This document shows positions 62,466 through 64,000 of a stretch of DNA of 64,000 nucleotides, piece by piece. The DNA comes from Lytechinus pictus (lineage: Eukaryota). Below the pieces are notes generated by a model, which saw only the letters and a program-made list of their open reading frames with translations, made no database searches and was not told the DNA's origin. The position numbers and the translations under genes are program-made. Numbering within the stretch: the stretch's first letter is position 1; each line of letters opens with the position of its first letter. The stretch is taken from assembly GCF_037042905.1 (NCBI RefSeq), contig NC_087246.1, positions 310,001 through 374,000 on the forward strand. Direction: 5' to 3'.

Positions 62466-64000
62466 CTGTAAAAGAAACAAAACAAAATGGTTTATGATTA
62501 ATACACGATAATAAGTTGAAAATGAACATAAACGAATGATAAACTTTTTTTGACAAAAAATAAAATTTAGTATGTGCAACGCCAAGGGCTTAATATTGTG
62601 ATATGCAAGTTGTTTTCTCCCCCCCCCCCCATCTCTCTCTCTCTCTCTCTCTCTTCCTCTATTTGATATGAGTCAATATACATAAACTCTGTCTAAAATA
62701 CTGGTCACTAAATACAAAGGTATATCATACGCATTTACGTTTGATTTGTTTCATTTCGGCCTCTCGTGTCACCCACTACGAATCAGACGATGCGCAACCA
62801 TGATGAAAATTGATGAGATTAAGGTTTTGATATTAAACAATGCAATTTAAATAAAACAACAATAGGGGTACGTCCTCGCTCAGCCATTACAAACATCACC
62901 ACTGTACATGATCTTTACCCAGACGAGTAGCTACAATGGTCACGTGTTAAGTGTTATTGCACGCCAATTTATCAATTAAGGGAAGGGAAATGAAGGGGAA
63001 AGAGACAGAGTGATGAATTGATATCACTCTCTCAATTAATCATCAAATAAACTCATATAGCGCTAAAATGACTTTCTTATTACTTTCCAACTGCAATGAC
63101 CGAGTCCTTTTCTCCGTAAACTTGTTTCTAATGTACATTCTTTAAAGTTGCTTTCAGTGGAGTAAGCTATTTTGTCGTTTGTAGATTGTTCTTGAAATGT
63201 GATATCTTCTTTTGATTATCATACTTAATATTCCTATATCGATATATACATTTTGAAAGAAAACAAATCAAAATATAAGGTAGTGAGTGACTGGATATCT
63301 AAGTCTAGATGGGGAGGTCGATGTACTATCAGCCTATGGCTCTGTGAGAAGGGTCTGGGTAGGCAGAGGGGAAAACGCGAGAAAAAAAAGAGGACGCATA
63401 AATATTAAATGAAATATTCAGGAGCATAATCGCATAAAATGTCCCCGTTGCGGGTTAGGGTGGAAATTGTGAAAACCATAAGCATGATAAGACGCAAATA
63501 GAGCTAATGATGAGACGATAAAACAGTTACTATGTAGGCAATATAATCAGGCCTGTGCAGGGATGAGTGGTTTTAATTCTATAGTCCCACACATTGCAAC
63601 TGAAAATGCTGCGGTGAATAACTTAATTTCATTCGTAATGGGTTTTGTTGTTTGTTTTGTATATCAATAACTCCGATGAAAAAAAAGCTAAACAACTAGA
63701 TCGAAAATAAAAAAAATATATAAAGAGTTTATAAAACAAAATATATAACCATGCCCATTTGTTTCCTAATTTTACAAAGATCTGGCAACTTTCATGCAGT
63801 TAGGCCAATATTTCAGGGGGAATAGTTTCACTCTTTATATACATGCCATATGACATATATGAAGTGTGTTCGGTTTGAGTAGATGTCTGCAACAATCCCG
63901 CTGAGCCGAAGATGATCGGAAAACTGAACAGAATTAAGCTGAAGAAAACCGAAGGGAGCCGAAGAGAGCCCTATAACCGATAACAGGTCAAAGAAATCAC

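Noticed and set aside
62466..62556. N-terminal extension of ORF 61909..62556 (and its tail 61909-62004) as coding
   Set aside because: These parts lie beyond the splice acceptor and donor; they are intronic read-through.
62560..64000. Upstream LIM-domain exons
   Set aside because: No Cys/His LIM pattern was found; they presumably lie outside the window.

Overview
This is AT-rich, repeat-dense eukaryotic (animal) genomic DNA, most likely a sea urchin/echinoderm (inference from the protein and repeat styles). The only host gene I can support is the 3' part of a LIM-homeobox gene of the Lhx1/5 (Lim1) class on the minus strand. It has three coding exons with canonical GT-AG junctions that splice in frame: 62465-62005, 45052-44878 and 39848-39415. 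They encode the linker, the complete homeodomain and the C-terminus ending EGVW*. The LIM-domain exons are not visible and should lie beyond position 64000. Positions ~1-33 kb, downstream of the gene, are a mosaic of non-autonomous DNA transposons/MITEs (TTAA-, TAA-, TA-, 6-bp and 8-bp-TSD types), tRNA-derived SINEs, decayed LINE fragments and microsatellites. The gene body (~34-64 kb) holds fewer repeats and several unique non-coding blocks that may be regulatory. The most unusual structures are an interleaved inverted-repeat element at 19.5-21.9 kb with a resolvable nested insertion, a 3-4-level nested transposon stack at 12.2-14.8 kb, a hairpin cluster with hammerhead-like cores at 12.2 and 14.8-15.7 kb, and a perfect 51-bp palindrome at 23.2 kb. 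I found no evidence of a novel protein-coding system, CRISPR array or rRNA. Most ORFs in the supplied track are spurious.
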